Of a stretch of DNA of 64,000 nt, positions 20,179 to 30,764 are shown one piece after another; the first letter of the stretch is position 1, and every line of letters starts with the position of its first letter. The position numbers and the translations under genes were made by a program. Source of the DNA: Candidatus Hydrogenedentota bacterium (GTDB lineage Bacteria > Hydrogenedentota > Hydrogenedentia > Hydrogenedentales > SLHB01); NCBI GenBank assembly GCA_963668025.2, contig CAXXTH010000010.1:384001-448000 (forward strand), read 5' to 3'. The notes under the pieces are model-generated. The model was not told where the DNA came from and did no database searches. It saw only the letters and a list, made by a program, of their open reading frames with translations.

Positions 20179-20835
20179 ATGAACCAATGGATACGCCTAG
20201 GGATAGTCCTGGCAATGGCGCTCGGCGCAGGAAACGCCATGGCCCAAGAAAAGGCGGTGGACAAAACCGCCAAAGAAGTCCAGGAACAATTCGACCAGCT
20301 CAAAAAATGGGTCACGGATAAAGTGGACAACCTTTCCGCACCACGCGAAACCGAGCCCAAGCCACTCGGCAAGACGGTGGCTCTCGAATTTTCTATTCAA
20401 GGATTTTCGCAGCCGGTAACCGTATCGACCTCCACGTCAAAATATGAATTGGACGCAAAACAATCCGGCACTTCCAGTGAAAACGGCGTCAATGTGTTCT
20501 CCAAGTACGCTATCGCCGCATCGGGAACCATCGAACCCAATGAACCGCGAGTAGCGTTCTCCGTGGAAGGCAGCGCCACCCCCGACGCCACCTTCCTGGT
20601 CACATGTAAAGGCGAATTCACCGTCGAACATCAAGATAAAGCTCCTCAAGATATAACGGCAGCAAATAGTTCTTCTACTACCATATCTTCCAGCTCCGTA
20701 CGATTCGATTCGAGCGTTTCCGTTCGCCTTGGCGAGAAGGCCGTATTGATTCAACAAGGACAATATGCCCTTGTGATGCGGGTGATTTATCCCGATAGCG
20801 GGGCCGCAAACGCGGAAGCCACGGAAGCAAAATAG
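20179..20835 (+). CDS. Exported hypothetical protein
   Basis: AAGGAG RBS; signal peptide ending AMA-Q. Confidence 0.75.
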   Translation: MNQWIRLGIVLAMALGAGNAMAQEKAVDKTAKEVQEQFDQLKKWVTDKVDNLSAPRETEPKPLGKTVALEFSIQGFSQPVTVSTSTSKYELDAKQSGTSSENGVNVFSKYAIAASGTIEPNEPRVAFSVEGSATPDATFLVTCKGEFTVEHQDKAPQDITAANSSSTTISSSSVRFDSSVSVRLGEKAVLIQQGQYALVMRVIYPDSGAANAEATEAK

Positions 20836-20848
20836 CATTGTTTGGAGT

Positions 20849-23170
20849 ATGCTAGTGAACCCAGAGCAGGGCGTGCCGGGATGCCGGAGAGTGGATGATC
20901 GTCAGGGGCGGAACCATCTGGTGGCGCGCCCATTTATTTGGCAGGCGGTTGCAGGGGCGGTTTTATTTGCATTATTGCCCCTAAAATCCGCTGTAGCTGC
21001 TTGCATATTCCTGCTGCTGGCGCGGTGGGCAATCACCCGGAACATGAACGCTCGATGGCTGCCGCGCGTGCTGGGGCTGGAGCCGGAGGCGTGGGAGGCG
21101 GACGCGCCAGCGCCGCGGAATGCTCCATGGGTGGGGGGGGGATGCGGCGTAGTCTTGCTGGCCTTCGCGCTGGCGGAATGTATCCAGCCGTATTACTTCA
21201 CACAAGACGATTCGTTTTGCTGCCTTCTGCCTGTCGTACTACAAGCGGGGCGTGAACTGTTTTCAGGCGTTTTTCCGAATTATAATCCTTGCCAGTTTCT
21301 AGGCTGGTCGCCGATGAGCGAGGCCACTTTTTCGCTGGCGTATCCCCCTGTATACCTGGCGTACGCTATAGCGCGGTTTATGCTTCGGAATGAATACATG
21401 GCCTTTGAATGCATGGCGTTCATCACGCTGATGCAAGGTTTTTTATCCACCTATTGGGCGGCTCGCATGTGGCGGCTCCGGCCTTCATTTGCCGCTTGCG
21501 CAGGTTTATCGTTCATATTATCGGGAACCACCCTGGTTATGGGTCGTTCTTGGTCCAATTTTTTAATGGTGCTGCCGTACTTGTCGTTGATGGCCGGTTT
21601 TTTGGGGATCTTGCGCCACAAGCCCGTGCATTGGCGCTGGTCCGTGGCGCTCGGGATGGTTATCGGGATAGCCTACTACGCCAGTTTGGTTCAGATGTGG
21701 GTGTATGGATTGCTCTGGCTGCTGGCGGGAGCGGCCGTTTTAGTGGTATGCGGCGCGTCGTCTTTCCGTAAAGTGTTGTGGTTGATTCCCGCCCTGTTAC
21801 TAGGCATCGCCATCTCCGCCCCACTGTTGTATGTGCAAATGGACACCGCATCGAATATCGCGCGCGAAGATAGCGGTTTTGGAATTATAGGCAAGGATCT
21901 TCTGGCTATTCTCCTGCCCTATCCGTTCACCCACGCCCGGCATCCCCAAAGTTACGGCGTCAATTTGCGTGAATACATGGGCATGTATCTTTATTCGGGA
22001 ACTATCTTGCCGGCGGCCGCTGGCGTTGGATTAGCCTTAGGCGTATTGGTTCGCTGGCCCCGCCGCGCCATTGCCGCCAACATGATGCTCATCGGCGCGC
22101 TTATAGCCTTGCTGTTTGCATTTGGCGATAAAGCCGGGTTGTGGTGGCTCATGCGGCATATTCCCCTGTTTCATTATTTCCGCAACGCGGAACGGTTTCT
22201 CGTGCTGTTCAATCTGTGTGCGGCTTTGAGTGGCGCGCTCATACTTCAGCGGTTGATAGGCGCTTTTCGATGGCGAAGCATTTGGGAAACAAGCCTGGCG
22301 TGTGTGGTGGCGGCGCTGATGCTCTATACGGTTTCCATGGCGCGTGCATCCTTTTATTCTTTCGAAGCCAAACCGTATCCTCCATTGCCGGAATACATAT
22401 CCCATACGCTACAGCCGGCCCATGCGGAATTCCCCCAACGAGTGGCTAGTCTTACTCCCTGGGATGTCATACCGGTTCGCTCTGTGTTGCATGACTATCC
22501 ATTTACACTTGAACAACATTTCGCTTCCGCTTACGGGTATTTATCGATGAGCGGATGGGATCCCTTGGTGTGGAACCATGACTTTTACGGCCGGTATGTC
22601 CGCCATCGCCTGGAACGAGCGGATCTTGCATTTCATGATCCATCGATGCCGAACGCGCCGGATTGCCGGTCTTCCCGGGAGGCCATTTACAAGGCCTATG
22701 GCGTGCAATGGGTGCTCGTGTTCGAGCCGTTCGTGCCTCGTTTCACGCATACATTTCCAGAGCTTGGCGAATCCGATCCCTCCCGGCCCGTGCGGATACT
22801 TCCCGTCGAAAACACGAGTCCTTTAGCGTTCGCCGAAGCCAATCCATCCAAACCATTCCCCATTAGGCTTGATGGACATGGCGCAACCGTAAATGTATCT
22901 GAATTGCCGCAAGGCGGCCCCTTTATTGTGAATATTCTGGCGTGGCCGCGGTTTAGGGTATATGCCGATGGGAAATCAGTCCCTTTTGCGCCGGATGAAT
23001 GGGGCCGCATGCGCGTCGATATCCCGCCAGGCACACAAACATTGGATGCCGCATATTGCCCCCCATGGGGAATGGGTTTCGCGTGCATGCTAGGATTATT
23101 GATAGTGGCGTTGATGATGATGGCCGTGCTGGCGCGGTTTGATGCGGTTCGACCAGGAGGAGGCCAGTGA
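20849..23170 (+). CDS. YfhO-like GT-C membrane protein (paralog 1)
   Basis: YFTQDD...PNYNPCQFLG motif, multi-TM; start uncertain. Confidence 0.75.
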   Translation: MLVNPEQGVPGCRRVDDRQGRNHLVARPFIWQAVAGAVLFALLPLKSAVAACIFLLLARWAITRNMNARWLPRVLGLEPEAWEADAPAPRNAPWVGGGCGVVLLAFALAECIQPYYFTQDDSFCCLLPVVLQAGRELFSGVFPNYNPCQFLGWSPMSEATFSLAYPPVYLAYAIARFMLRNEYMAFECMAFITLMQGFLSTYWAARMWRLRPSFAACAGLSFILSGTTLVMGRSWSNFLMVLPYLSLMAGFLGILRHKPVHWRWSVALGMVIGIAYYASLVQMWVYGLLWLLAGAAVLVVCGASSFRKVLWLIPALLLGIAISAPLLYVQMDTASNIAREDSGFGIIGKDLLAILLPYPFTHARHPQSYGVNLREYMGMYLYSGTILPAAAGVGLALGVLVRWPRRAIAANMMLIGALIALLFAFGDKAGLWWLMRHIPLFHYFRNAERFLVLFNLCAALSGALILQRLIGAFRWRSIWETSLACVVAALMLYTVSMARASFYSFEAKPYPPLPEYISHTLQPAHAEFPQRVASLTPWDVIPVRSVLHDYPFTLEQHFASAYGYLSMSGWDPLVWNHDFYGRYVRHRLERADLAFHDPSMPNAPDCRSSREAIYKAYGVQWVLVFEPFVPRFTHTFPELGESDPSRPVRILPVENTSPLAFAEANPSKPFPIRLDGHGATVNVSELPQGGPFIVNILAWPRFRVYADGKSVPFAPDEWGRMRVDIPPGTQTLDAAYCPPWGMGFACMLGLLIVALMMMAVLARFDAVRPGGGQ

Positions 23171-25437
23171 AACCAATCAGCCAAGACGCCGGCTATACTT
23201 TACGGCAACCTTTATATATATGGGCGGGCGCATGCATTCTTTTATTCCTGTCGCTTCCCTTGAAAATCGCCCTATTGGGCTTCATATTCTTGCTAGTTGC
23301 GCGATGGGGATTCGCCCATGTGCGGGATGCGGCCTGGCTGCGGCGCGCCATAGGGCTCGATGGGGAAGCGTGGGCGGATCATTCGCCGCCGCCCCGGGAT
23401 AAGCCGTGGCTAAGCGCGGGATGCGGCTTGATGCTCCTGGCTTTCGTACTGATGGAATACATCCAGCCGTATTATTTCGTGCAGGATGATGCGTTTTGCG
23501 GGTCTTTTCCATTGGTGTTGCATGCCAGCCGGAGCCTGTTCTCGGGCGTGTTTCCGAACTACAATCCTTATCAATTCTTGGGCTGGTCGCCTATCAGCGA
23601 AGGCATCTTTGCACTAGCCTATCCGCCGATCTATGGGGCATATGCTGTGGCGCGTTTCGCGCTGGGCAATGAATATCTTGCCTATGAATGCATGGGGCTG
23701 TTCGTGCTGCTGCAAGGATTCATGGCCACCTATTGGGCGGCGCGCCAATGGGGCTTGCGCCCGCCGCTTGCCATGGCCGCGGGCATGGCGTTCATGCTTT
23801 CGGGAACAGTGCTCATTGTCGGCCGGTCATGGTCGACTTTCTTATATGCGACGCCGTACGTACCGCTCATGGCTGGCTTGCTGGCGCAGCTCCGTTCGGG
23901 GCCTGTGGGCTGGCGATGGGTCTTGGCGCTCGGAGCCGTTATTGGGCTTTCGTTCTATACCGGTTTTGTTCAGATATGGGTGTATGGCCTCCTGTGGTTT
24001 GGCCTGGGCGCCGTGGTATTGGTTATGTGCAGGGAAATGCCTTTCCGCAGGCTCTTGTGGTGCGCACCGGGCATTCTGCTCGGTATTGCCATCGCCGCGC
24101 CTTTATTGTATGTGCAAATGGATACGGCGTCCGGCATCGCCCGGCAAGACAGCGGTCTCGGCATCGGATTCAAGGATGTTATCGCGATCGTGTTGCCGTA
24201 TCCGTTTACGCGCGCGCCTCATCCCCAGGGCTACGGAGTGACCCGGCATGAATATATGGGCATGTATCTCTACTCGGGAACCATCCTGGCGGCGGCGGCT
24301 GGAATAGGATTCGCCTCGCTCGCGGGCATCCGATGGACGCGCCAGATGTGGGCAGTGAATATTTGGCTCGTTGGCGCTTTTGCCGCCCTGCTGCTGGCGT
24401 TCGGCGACAAGGCCGGCCTATGGTGGGTGATGCGGCATCTGCCGCTGTTTCACTTTTTTCGGAATGCCGAGCGCTTTATGCTGTTGTTCAACCTGTGTGC
24501 GGCGATAGGCGGCGCACTCGTGTTGCAGCGGACGGTGAGCGGCTGGCGCCGGGGCCGCCGTTGGGAAGCAGGCTTGGCCTGCATGGCGGCCGCGCTTATG
24601 TTGTACACCGCGTTCATGGCGCGGACATCCCTGTATTTTATCGAGGCGAAGCCTTATCCGCCGCTTCCGGCGTACATGGCTGAAGCGTTGAAGCCAGCAA
24701 CCGATGCCTTTCCCCAGCGAATTGCCAGCCTTACTCCATGGGAGTCAATTCCCGCCCGTTCCATTTTGCCTGATTATCCCTTAACGCTCGAACAGGATAT
24801 TGCTTCCGTTTACGGATACTTCTCGATGAGTGGATACGACCCCATGGTGTGGGAGCATGAATTCTACGCCCAGTATGTACGCCCGAGGCTGCACCAGGCA
24901 GACCTGTCCCGTCTTGAACCGAATGCGCCAGCTCCACCGGACTGCCGCTCGATGCGGGACGCCATTTATAAGGCCTATGGCGTGCAACGGGTGCTGGTGT
25001 TCGAGTTTTTTGTGCCGCGTTTCGTGGACGCCTTTCCCGAACTGGGTGAAACCGATCCATCACGGCCCGTTCGGATTCTCCCCGTGGAAGGCGCAAGCCC
25101 CCTGGCGTTCGCCGAGGCGAATCCTGCGGAACCATTCCCCATCGTGCTCGATGGCCACGGAGCCACGGTGGACGTGTCCGGCCTGCCGCAAGGCGGCCCG
25201 TTCATCGTTAATATCCTGGCCTGGCCCCGTTTCAAGGTATACGCTGATGGCAAACCGATTCCATTTGCGCCAGACGAATGGGGCCGCATGCGCGTGGATG
25301 TCCCTCCCGGTGCTAAAATGTTGGACGCAGCGTATTGTCCGCCATGGGGAGCGGGATTTGTATGGATGCTAGGGCTCACAACGCTTGTGGTTTTGTTCAT
25401 GGCAATTCTGGCTAGACAAGACAAAAATCGAGCATGA
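23167..25437 (+). CDS. YfhO-like GT-C membrane protein (paralog 2)
   Basis: Colinear tandem paralog of 20849-23170; GTGA overlap. Confidence 0.78.
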   Translation: MKPISQDAGYTLRQPLYIWAGACILLFLSLPLKIALLGFIFLLVARWGFAHVRDAAWLRRAIGLDGEAWADHSPPPRDKPWLSAGCGLMLLAFVLMEYIQPYYFVQDDAFCGSFPLVLHASRSLFSGVFPNYNPYQFLGWSPISEGIFALAYPPIYGAYAVARFALGNEYLAYECMGLFVLLQGFMATYWAARQWGLRPPLAMAAGMAFMLSGTVLIVGRSWSTFLYATPYVPLMAGLLAQLRSGPVGWRWVLALGAVIGLSFYTGFVQIWVYGLLWFGLGAVVLVMCREMPFRRLLWCAPGILLGIAIAAPLLYVQMDTASGIARQDSGLGIGFKDVIAIVLPYPFTRAPHPQGYGVTRHEYMGMYLYSGTILAAAAGIGFASLAGIRWTRQMWAVNIWLVGAFAALLLAFGDKAGLWWVMRHLPLFHFFRNAERFMLLFNLCAAIGGALVLQRTVSGWRRGRRWEAGLACMAAALMLYTAFMARTSLYFIEAKPYPPLPAYMAEALKPATDAFPQRIASLTPWESIPARSILPDYPLTLEQDIASVYGYFSMSGYDPMVWEHEFYAQYVRPRLHQADLSRLEPNAPAPPDCRSMRDAIYKAYGVQRVLVFEFFVPRFVDAFPELGETDPSRPVRILPVEGASPLAFAEANPAEPFPIVLDGHGATVDVSGLPQGGPFIVNILAWPRFKVYADGKPIPFAPDEWGRMRVDVPPGAKMLDAAYCPPWGAGFVWMLGLTTLVVLFMAILARQDKNRA

Positions 25438-25476
25438 TTTCTCTATAGATTCGATCATTAGTAACGCTTTAGCGAA

Positions 25477-25638
25477 ATGAAGCAAGAGTTTTTTTAGACA
25501 TGATTTACAAGATTGACACGAGTGGAGATGCTCGCAATAGCTATAGCTAATCGATGAAGCGCCCGAACGCGTTTTTGGGGGCAGTGAGATCGCTATCAAA
25601 AAGAATCTTGTTTCATCTTGTAAATCATCTCAAAAAAT
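25477..25638. repeat. MITE-like dispersed repeat, copy 2
   Basis: Aligns along its length to 4297-4460, including internal GATGAAGCGCCCGAAC. Confidence 0.8.
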
Positions 25639-25820
25639 GCATGGCTCACCCATTGGGAAAAACTTTCTTTCACCGTAATGTATATTTTATAGTAAAGTAA
25701 TTATTTTAAATATCTATTATATTAAGCATTTTTGTTACGACTCAAAGTTGCGCAGGAAGAGCTAGATGCGCAATCATGCGGTATCGTTGTAATGGAGTAA
25801 GCAAACAGGAGGGCCTATAC

Positions 25821-27512
25821 ATGGCGGCGGCGAAGTATTCCATCGGTCTTGATTATGGCACCAATTCGGTGCGGGCGCTTGTGGTGAATGCGGCCAACGG
25901 CGAGGAGGTGGGCGCGCATGTGTGGACCTACGCCCACGGCGACCAGGGCGTCATCTTGTCGCGCGACCCCAATTTGGCGCGGCAGCATCCCGAAGATTAT
26001 ATCGCCGGAGCAGAGATCGCCACAAAAAAGGCCCTTGCAGCCGCCAAACGCACCGCGAAGGACTTCAGCCCATCCCAGGTGATCGGCATTGGTGTGGACA
26101 CCACGGGCAGCACGCCGCTCCCAGTAGGCAAGGACGGCAAGCCCTTGGCGCTGCAAGCTAAATTCAACAGCAATCCCGCCGCCATGGCCTGGCTTTGGAA
26201 GGACCATACAAGCATAACGGAAGCGGAGGAGATCACGGCCCTTGCAAAAAAGATGCGCCCGCAGTATTTAGCCAAATGCGGCGGCACGTACAGCAGCGAG
26301 TGGTTTTTTAGTAAAATACTCCATTGCCTGCGAACGGAGCCCAAGGTGTTTGACGCCGCGTATCTGTGGGTCGAGATGGCCGATTGGATTCCCGCCATGC
26401 TCACGGGAACGGAGGCCCCGGATCAGTTGAAAGTGGGCGTATGCGCCGCAGGCCACAAGGCCATGTACAACGACGAATGGGGCGGCTACCCGGACGAGGA
26501 ATTCCTCGGCAAACTGCATCCGAAACTGGGCGAGTTGCGTGGGCGGCTTAAAGGCCAGGCATCGACCATCGCCGAAGCCGTAGGCGGCCTCACACAAGAA
26601 TGGGCCAAACGCCTCGGCCTGCCCGCAGGCATCCCCGTGGCCGTGGGGGCGTTTGACGCCCACCTGGGCGCGGTCGGCTCGGGTATCGGGCCTGGCACAT
26701 TTGTGCAAATCATCGGCACGAGTTCATGCGACATGATGGTGGCTCCGAACGACAAGCCGCTCCCCGATATCCCCGGCCTGTGCGGCATTGTGAATGGAAG
26801 CATTTTGCCGGGCTATTTCGGCCTCGAAGCCGGCCAGTCCGCCGTGGGCGACATCTATAATTGGTTCGTCAACTATATCCAGCCCGGCGGCCCCAAAGCC
26901 GGTTCACATGAAGCCTTGACGAAAGAAGCCCAGGCCATGCACCCCGGCGCGTCGGGCCTGCTCGCGCTCGACTGGAATAATGGCAACCGCACCATCTTGG
27001 TGGACCAGCGCCTCACCGGCCTGCTTGTCGGCCAGACGCTCTATACCACGCCCGCCGAGATCTACCGCGCCCTCATCGAAGCCACGGCTTTCGGCGCTCT
27101 CACGATCATCAGCCGGCTCGAGGAATACGGTGTAGCCGTCAAGCGCGTCGTGAACTGCGGCGGCATTGCCGAGAAAAATCCCCTCGTCATGCAGATTTAT
27201 GCCGATGTGACGGGGCGGCCCATGTACGTATCACGCTCGGGCCAGACCTGCGCCTTGGGCGCGGCTGTCGCGGGGGCCGTCGTGGCGGGCAAGAAGGCAG
27301 GCGGCCACGACACCTATGCCGCCGCCCAAAAAGCCATGACGGGCCTGAAGAAGGAATCCTTCACGCCTAATCCCAAAGCCAAGGCGGTTTATAAGAAGCT
27401 CTATGTGCTTTACAAAACCTTGCACGACGCCTTCGGCGTGAAAGACTATCAGGGCGGCATGTATAGCGTGATGAAAGAGCTGCTTGTTATCCGTGCCGAA
27501 GCGCGGAAATAA
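25821..27512 (+). CDS. araB: L-ribulokinase
   Basis: GLDYGTNSVR, LWKDHT, YSSEWF, EAGQSAVGD and DWNNGNR motifs; AGGAGG RBS. Confidence 0.93.
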   Translation: MAAAKYSIGLDYGTNSVRALVVNAANGEEVGAHVWTYAHGDQGVILSRDPNLARQHPEDYIAGAEIATKKALAAAKRTAKDFSPSQVIGIGVDTTGSTPLPVGKDGKPLALQAKFNSNPAAMAWLWKDHTSITEAEEITALAKKMRPQYLAKCGGTYSSEWFFSKILHCLRTEPKVFDAAYLWVEMADWIPAMLTGTEAPDQLKVGVCAAGHKAMYNDEWGGYPDEEFLGKLHPKLGELRGRLKGQASTIAEAVGGLTQEWAKRLGLPAGIPVAVGAFDAHLGAVGSGIGPGTFVQIIGTSSCDMMVAPNDKPLPDIPGLCGIVNGSILPGYFGLEAGQSAVGDIYNWFVNYIQPGGPKAGSHEALTKEAQAMHPGASGLLALDWNNGNRTILVDQRLTGLLVGQTLYTTPAEIYRALIEATAFGALTIISRLEEYGVAVKRVVNCGGIAEKNPLVMQIYADVTGRPMYVSRSGQTCALGAAVAGAVVAGKKAGGHDTYAAAQKAMTGLKKESFTPNPKAKAVYKKLYVLYKTLHDAFGVKDYQGGMYSVMKELLVIRAEARK

Positions 27513-27530
27513 AGGGCAAGGCAACGCCAT

Positions 27531-28526
27531 TCACACGGGCGGCGCTGGCTCGCTGGCTCGACGAAGTATTTCTTCGGTGAGGCGTTTGAAATCTAGATAG
27601 CTATTTTTAACGGCTTGGGCGTGCGCGCCGATCGCGCCGTCCGCCGGTGTGAGCTTGAACACCGGTTTACGTGCATCCTCGGCGAGGGGCATCAGGCTCT
27701 GGTAGTTCTTGATAAGCCCGATCTTATTCGGATCCGTTTCAGCGTCCGCTCCACTGGGCGGACGCTGTAATACATATTCTTCATAGATTCCCGGTATTCT
27801 GGATACCCAGCGTTGATACGCCTTTACGGGCCGTTTTTTGCGTTCCACATGCTGCATAATCACATACCCAATAGGCGTCATCGCACCCGAAGGGAAATCT
27901 ATATTCAGATTGGAAGGTCTCTTATTTAATCGTTCTTGCCAGTTTTCCCGCCATGCCTTAAGCGTTGGACCTAAGTTCTTCAAACCTTGTAAGGAGAACA
28001 AACTTGAAGACAACGGCATGGCCACGTGGCTGGAAGCGATAAGCGCCGCACGGTTGATGGCGCCTAGATTCGGCCCCACATCCATGAGCACCATATCTGC
28101 GTTCACCTCTTCTGCAGCATGGTGGATGATGCGATAGAACGCGGTAATGGTTCGAAAATGTGCGGGTTTTCCCTCTAGACAACGGGGCCAGCTTTCCGAA
28201 AGACCGTCTTCAAACTGGGAAAGGCCTAAGTCGCCAGGCAACAAGAATAGGTTCGGATGGATTTGTTGAAGCGGCGCTGGGGCAATGTCTCCCGTGCCGT
28301 CTAGTATGGGCGAGATGCATGTCAAAATACTTTGGTTTTCTCCTTCTTCTGGCCACAATCGCACAAGCGTTTCTTCCTCTAAGAACATGGCGGTGAGATT
28401 GGCCTGCGGATCCAAATCCACCGCCAGCACGCGTTTTCCCAGTTCCGTACACATCCAAGCAATGTGATAGGCCAGTGTCGTCTTGCCCACGCCGCCTTTG
28501 TTATTGAAGAACGTGATCGTTTGCAC
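27531..28526 (-). CDS. ParA/AAA_31-family ATPase
   Basis: FNNKGGVGKTT deviant Walker A, DLDPQANLT, DVGPNLG; GTG start at 28526. Confidence 0.9.
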   Translation of the reverse strand: MQTITFFNNKGGVGKTTLAYHIAWMCTELGKRVLAVDLDPQANLTAMFLEEETLVRLWPEEGENQSILTCISPILDGTGDIAPAPLQQIHPNLFLLPGDLGLSQFEDGLSESWPRCLEGKPAHFRTITAFYRIIHHAAEEVNADMVLMDVGPNLGAINRAALIASSHVAMPLSSSLFSLQGLKNLGPTLKAWRENWQERLNKRPSNLNIDFPSGAMTPIGYVIMQHVERKKRPVKAYQRWVSRIPGIYEEYVLQRPPSGADAETDPNKIGLIKNYQSLMPLAEDARKPVFKLTPADGAIGAHAQAVKNSYLDFKRLTEEILRRASEPAPPV

Positions 28527-29715
28527 GGGAAGGCCTTTCTTTGATGGTAGCCAGAAAATACGCAGGCTCGTCAATATAGAATTTCACAGGCGGATTGCCA
28601 TTTTCATCAAGGTAGCGTTGCGCCCGCGCAATGCCCCTCCCAAAAGTGTTGACATACCCCAGGTTCTTCATCGCTTCCGCAATCTTGGGGTTGCGGTAGT
28701 CGTTTTGCCGTAGAAAGGTCTGCCGGTTGACGGCCCCATACAGGCCGCCCGCATTCTGTATCTCGATTCGATCACTGAACCAATAAAACCGTATGGGTGC
28801 GTTGGATTCATAATCACGGTGCATCACGGCGTTCATCAGCAATTCCCGAAGCGCAGGCATCGGATAAGGCGAACGGCTTTCCTCTCTGAGTGGCGTGACT
28901 TGATAGGGCCGCGATGGAAACAGCACACTCAGAAAACCGTCGAGTTCGCGAAGCACCGTGATCAAGTCTCCCTCGAACCGCCGGTCATCCAGTGGATCGG
29001 AATCGAGCCCCGCGCCTTCGTAACGGACATATTGAATGGCCGCACCGGGAAACCACTGCAATGGATTTTGTGCAAAAAGAAGAGCGCCCGCGTTTGTCGC
29101 ACAGGCATCGTTCATACACCAAAAACCAAGAGACGCCATTTGCGCCAGCATATCCCGGTTGTTCTCTTCAATAATTTCTGGCGCAAGAGCGGCATAGCGG
29201 TAGGTGAGCTGGAACAAATCCAGCGCAAGCTCGTCCTGCCCGCATCCCTTGCAAGGCCTTAGATCGAATGTCCGTGCATGGTGCGTGCGCCTTTCTGTCA
29301 GAATACGCTCTTCTTGCTCGTTTGCGATAGCCTTGCGGGGGCCGCGCCGTATATACACCCGCCCCTTGTAGCGAAGCGGAGGCATATCGGATGGCTGAAC
29401 TTCCACAATGGCCAGATCGCCTTCGGGCAGAGACAACTTGCACACATTGGCGGAAGGCAGCGGAACAATCATGCCATTACCGATATAATCAGACAATCGT
29501 TTGAGCAGGCTATCGTTTACGTCTATCTTTTCTATAGTTCCGTCATCTCGCGCGCCGATGATCAGATAGCCCGAAAGGTTGTGCCCAGGCATATCATTCG
29601 CAAATGCACAGATGGCCTCACAAAACTTATCCGTGTTATCCACGGAAATGGTCCGCTCAACATGATCAGATTCTCCGCAAAGCAATAATTCCCGCAATTC
29701 CTGTTCATGAATCAT
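28501..29715 (-). CDS. Schlafen/AlbA_2 + HATPase_c_4 (RecG-C-like) protein
   Basis: GESDHVE..ICAFAN..GYLIIG N-terminus; RELLMNAVMHRDY and YRNPKIA C-terminus. Confidence 0.88.
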   Translation of the reverse strand: MIHEQELRELLLCGESDHVERTISVDNTDKFCEAICAFANDMPGHNLSGYLIIGARDDGTIEKIDVNDSLLKRLSDYIGNGMIVPLPSANVCKLSLPEGDLAIVEVQPSDMPPLRYKGRVYIRRGPRKAIANEQEERILTERRTHHARTFDLRPCKGCGQDELALDLFQLTYRYAALAPEIIEENNRDMLAQMASLGFWCMNDACATNAGALLFAQNPLQWFPGAAIQYVRYEGAGLDSDPLDDRRFEGDLITVLRELDGFLSVLFPSRPYQVTPLREESRSPYPMPALRELLMNAVMHRDYESNAPIRFYWFSDRIEIQNAGGLYGAVNRQTFLRQNDYRNPKIAEAMKNLGYVNTFGRGIARAQRYLDENGNPPVKFYIDEPAYFLATIKERPSRANDHVLQ

Positions 29716-29792
29716 CTTGAATCCTCAAAATGCAAACGATGTATGCGTATGTTGCATACAGCACCATCCATTCCAACCTATCTATAAACAGC

Positions 29793-30764
29793 TTATTTCA
29801 ACACGATAGGATTCGTCCAGGCGGATTTCCCTTTTTTATCCACCACTTCCACGCGAATGAATTTGCATTCTTTTGGCAGCTTCCATTCGGCGCTCTTGAG
29901 TGATTTCCCTTTCTTAGCCTCCACCCGGGAGCTATACCATTGGTTCGATATAAACCGGATTTCAGCGGCTTTGGAACACTCCACTTTGGCGACGCCATTT
30001 TCCACTTTGAAATCTTTAATGACCGGGCCGCAGCTTGCATAAAAGCTTCCCGTCCGCAAACTGTCTAGAACCGCTTCGACGGTCAGCTTTTTGGCTTTGA
30101 TCATGGTCCATGCCAGGCCCACGTTTTGGGTGTTATGCACATCGTCCGTGGCGACGCCAGACAAGATATGCCCTTTCTCCAGGAGTTGCTGCCAATGTAC
30201 GTCGTTATATCCTTTACCGATACCTAGTTCACAGCCTGAGTTGTACACTTCCATGCCTGCATATCCATTGACCGACAGCATGTCGTCCAGGGTATGGCCT
30301 AGCCAGTACGGATGGGCGTAAAATACAACGGCTCCCGCTGCATTCATCGCATCAATGGCTTTTTGCGGCTCTTCTTTATACTGTTCGGCATTGAATCCAA
30401 ACGGCACATTAATGCCTACGAAATGATTGCCCTTCGGGTGAAACTCCATTCCTGAAATAACTAAAAAGTTCTCTGAGGACAATCCGCTAATGTCATTTGT
30501 CTTCCAATGGTCCGTGATCGCGACGACATCAAAGCCTTTGTCGCGGTACTGTTGAATCCGTTCCTTATACGGCACATCGCCATCCGATGTGTTGCTATGC
30601 ACATGCAAGGCCGTTTTGTACCAGTTACCTTCCACTTCGAAGGGATTCACGAGTTTCACCGTTCCCGGAGCAGGCACTTCTTGCGCTTTCTCTTGCGCGC
30701 TTGCCCACAGGCTTCCACCCAGCAACACCACCATGCACAGTAAAATCCATCCCCACTTCATCAT
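29793..30764 (-). CDS. Exported PHP-domain (CehA/McbA-like) metallohydrolase
   Basis: Signal peptide; HVHSNTSDG, ITDH, AHPYW and TDDVH motifs. Confidence 0.88.
   Translation of the reverse strand: MMKWGWILLCMVVLLGGSLWASAQEKAQEVPAPGTVKLVNPFEVEGNWYKTALHVHSNTSDGDVPYKERIQQYRDKGFDVVAITDHWKTNDISGLSSENFLVISGMEFHPKGNHFVGINVPFGFNAEQYKEEPQKAIDAMNAAGAVVFYAHPYWLGHTLDDMLSVNGYAGMEVYNSGCELGIGKGYNDVHWQQLLEKGHILSGVATDDVHNTQNVGLAWTMIKAKKLTVEAVLDSLRTGSFYASCGPVIKDFKVENGVAKVECSKAAEIRFISNQWYSSRVEAKKGKSLKSAEWKLPKECKFIRVEVVDKKGKSAWTNPIVLK

Noticed and set aside
27531-28526. ParA as evidence of plasmid or chromosome partitioning
   Set aside because: No parB, parS or rep; embedded among chromosomal core genes and coupled to an AlbA_2 gene
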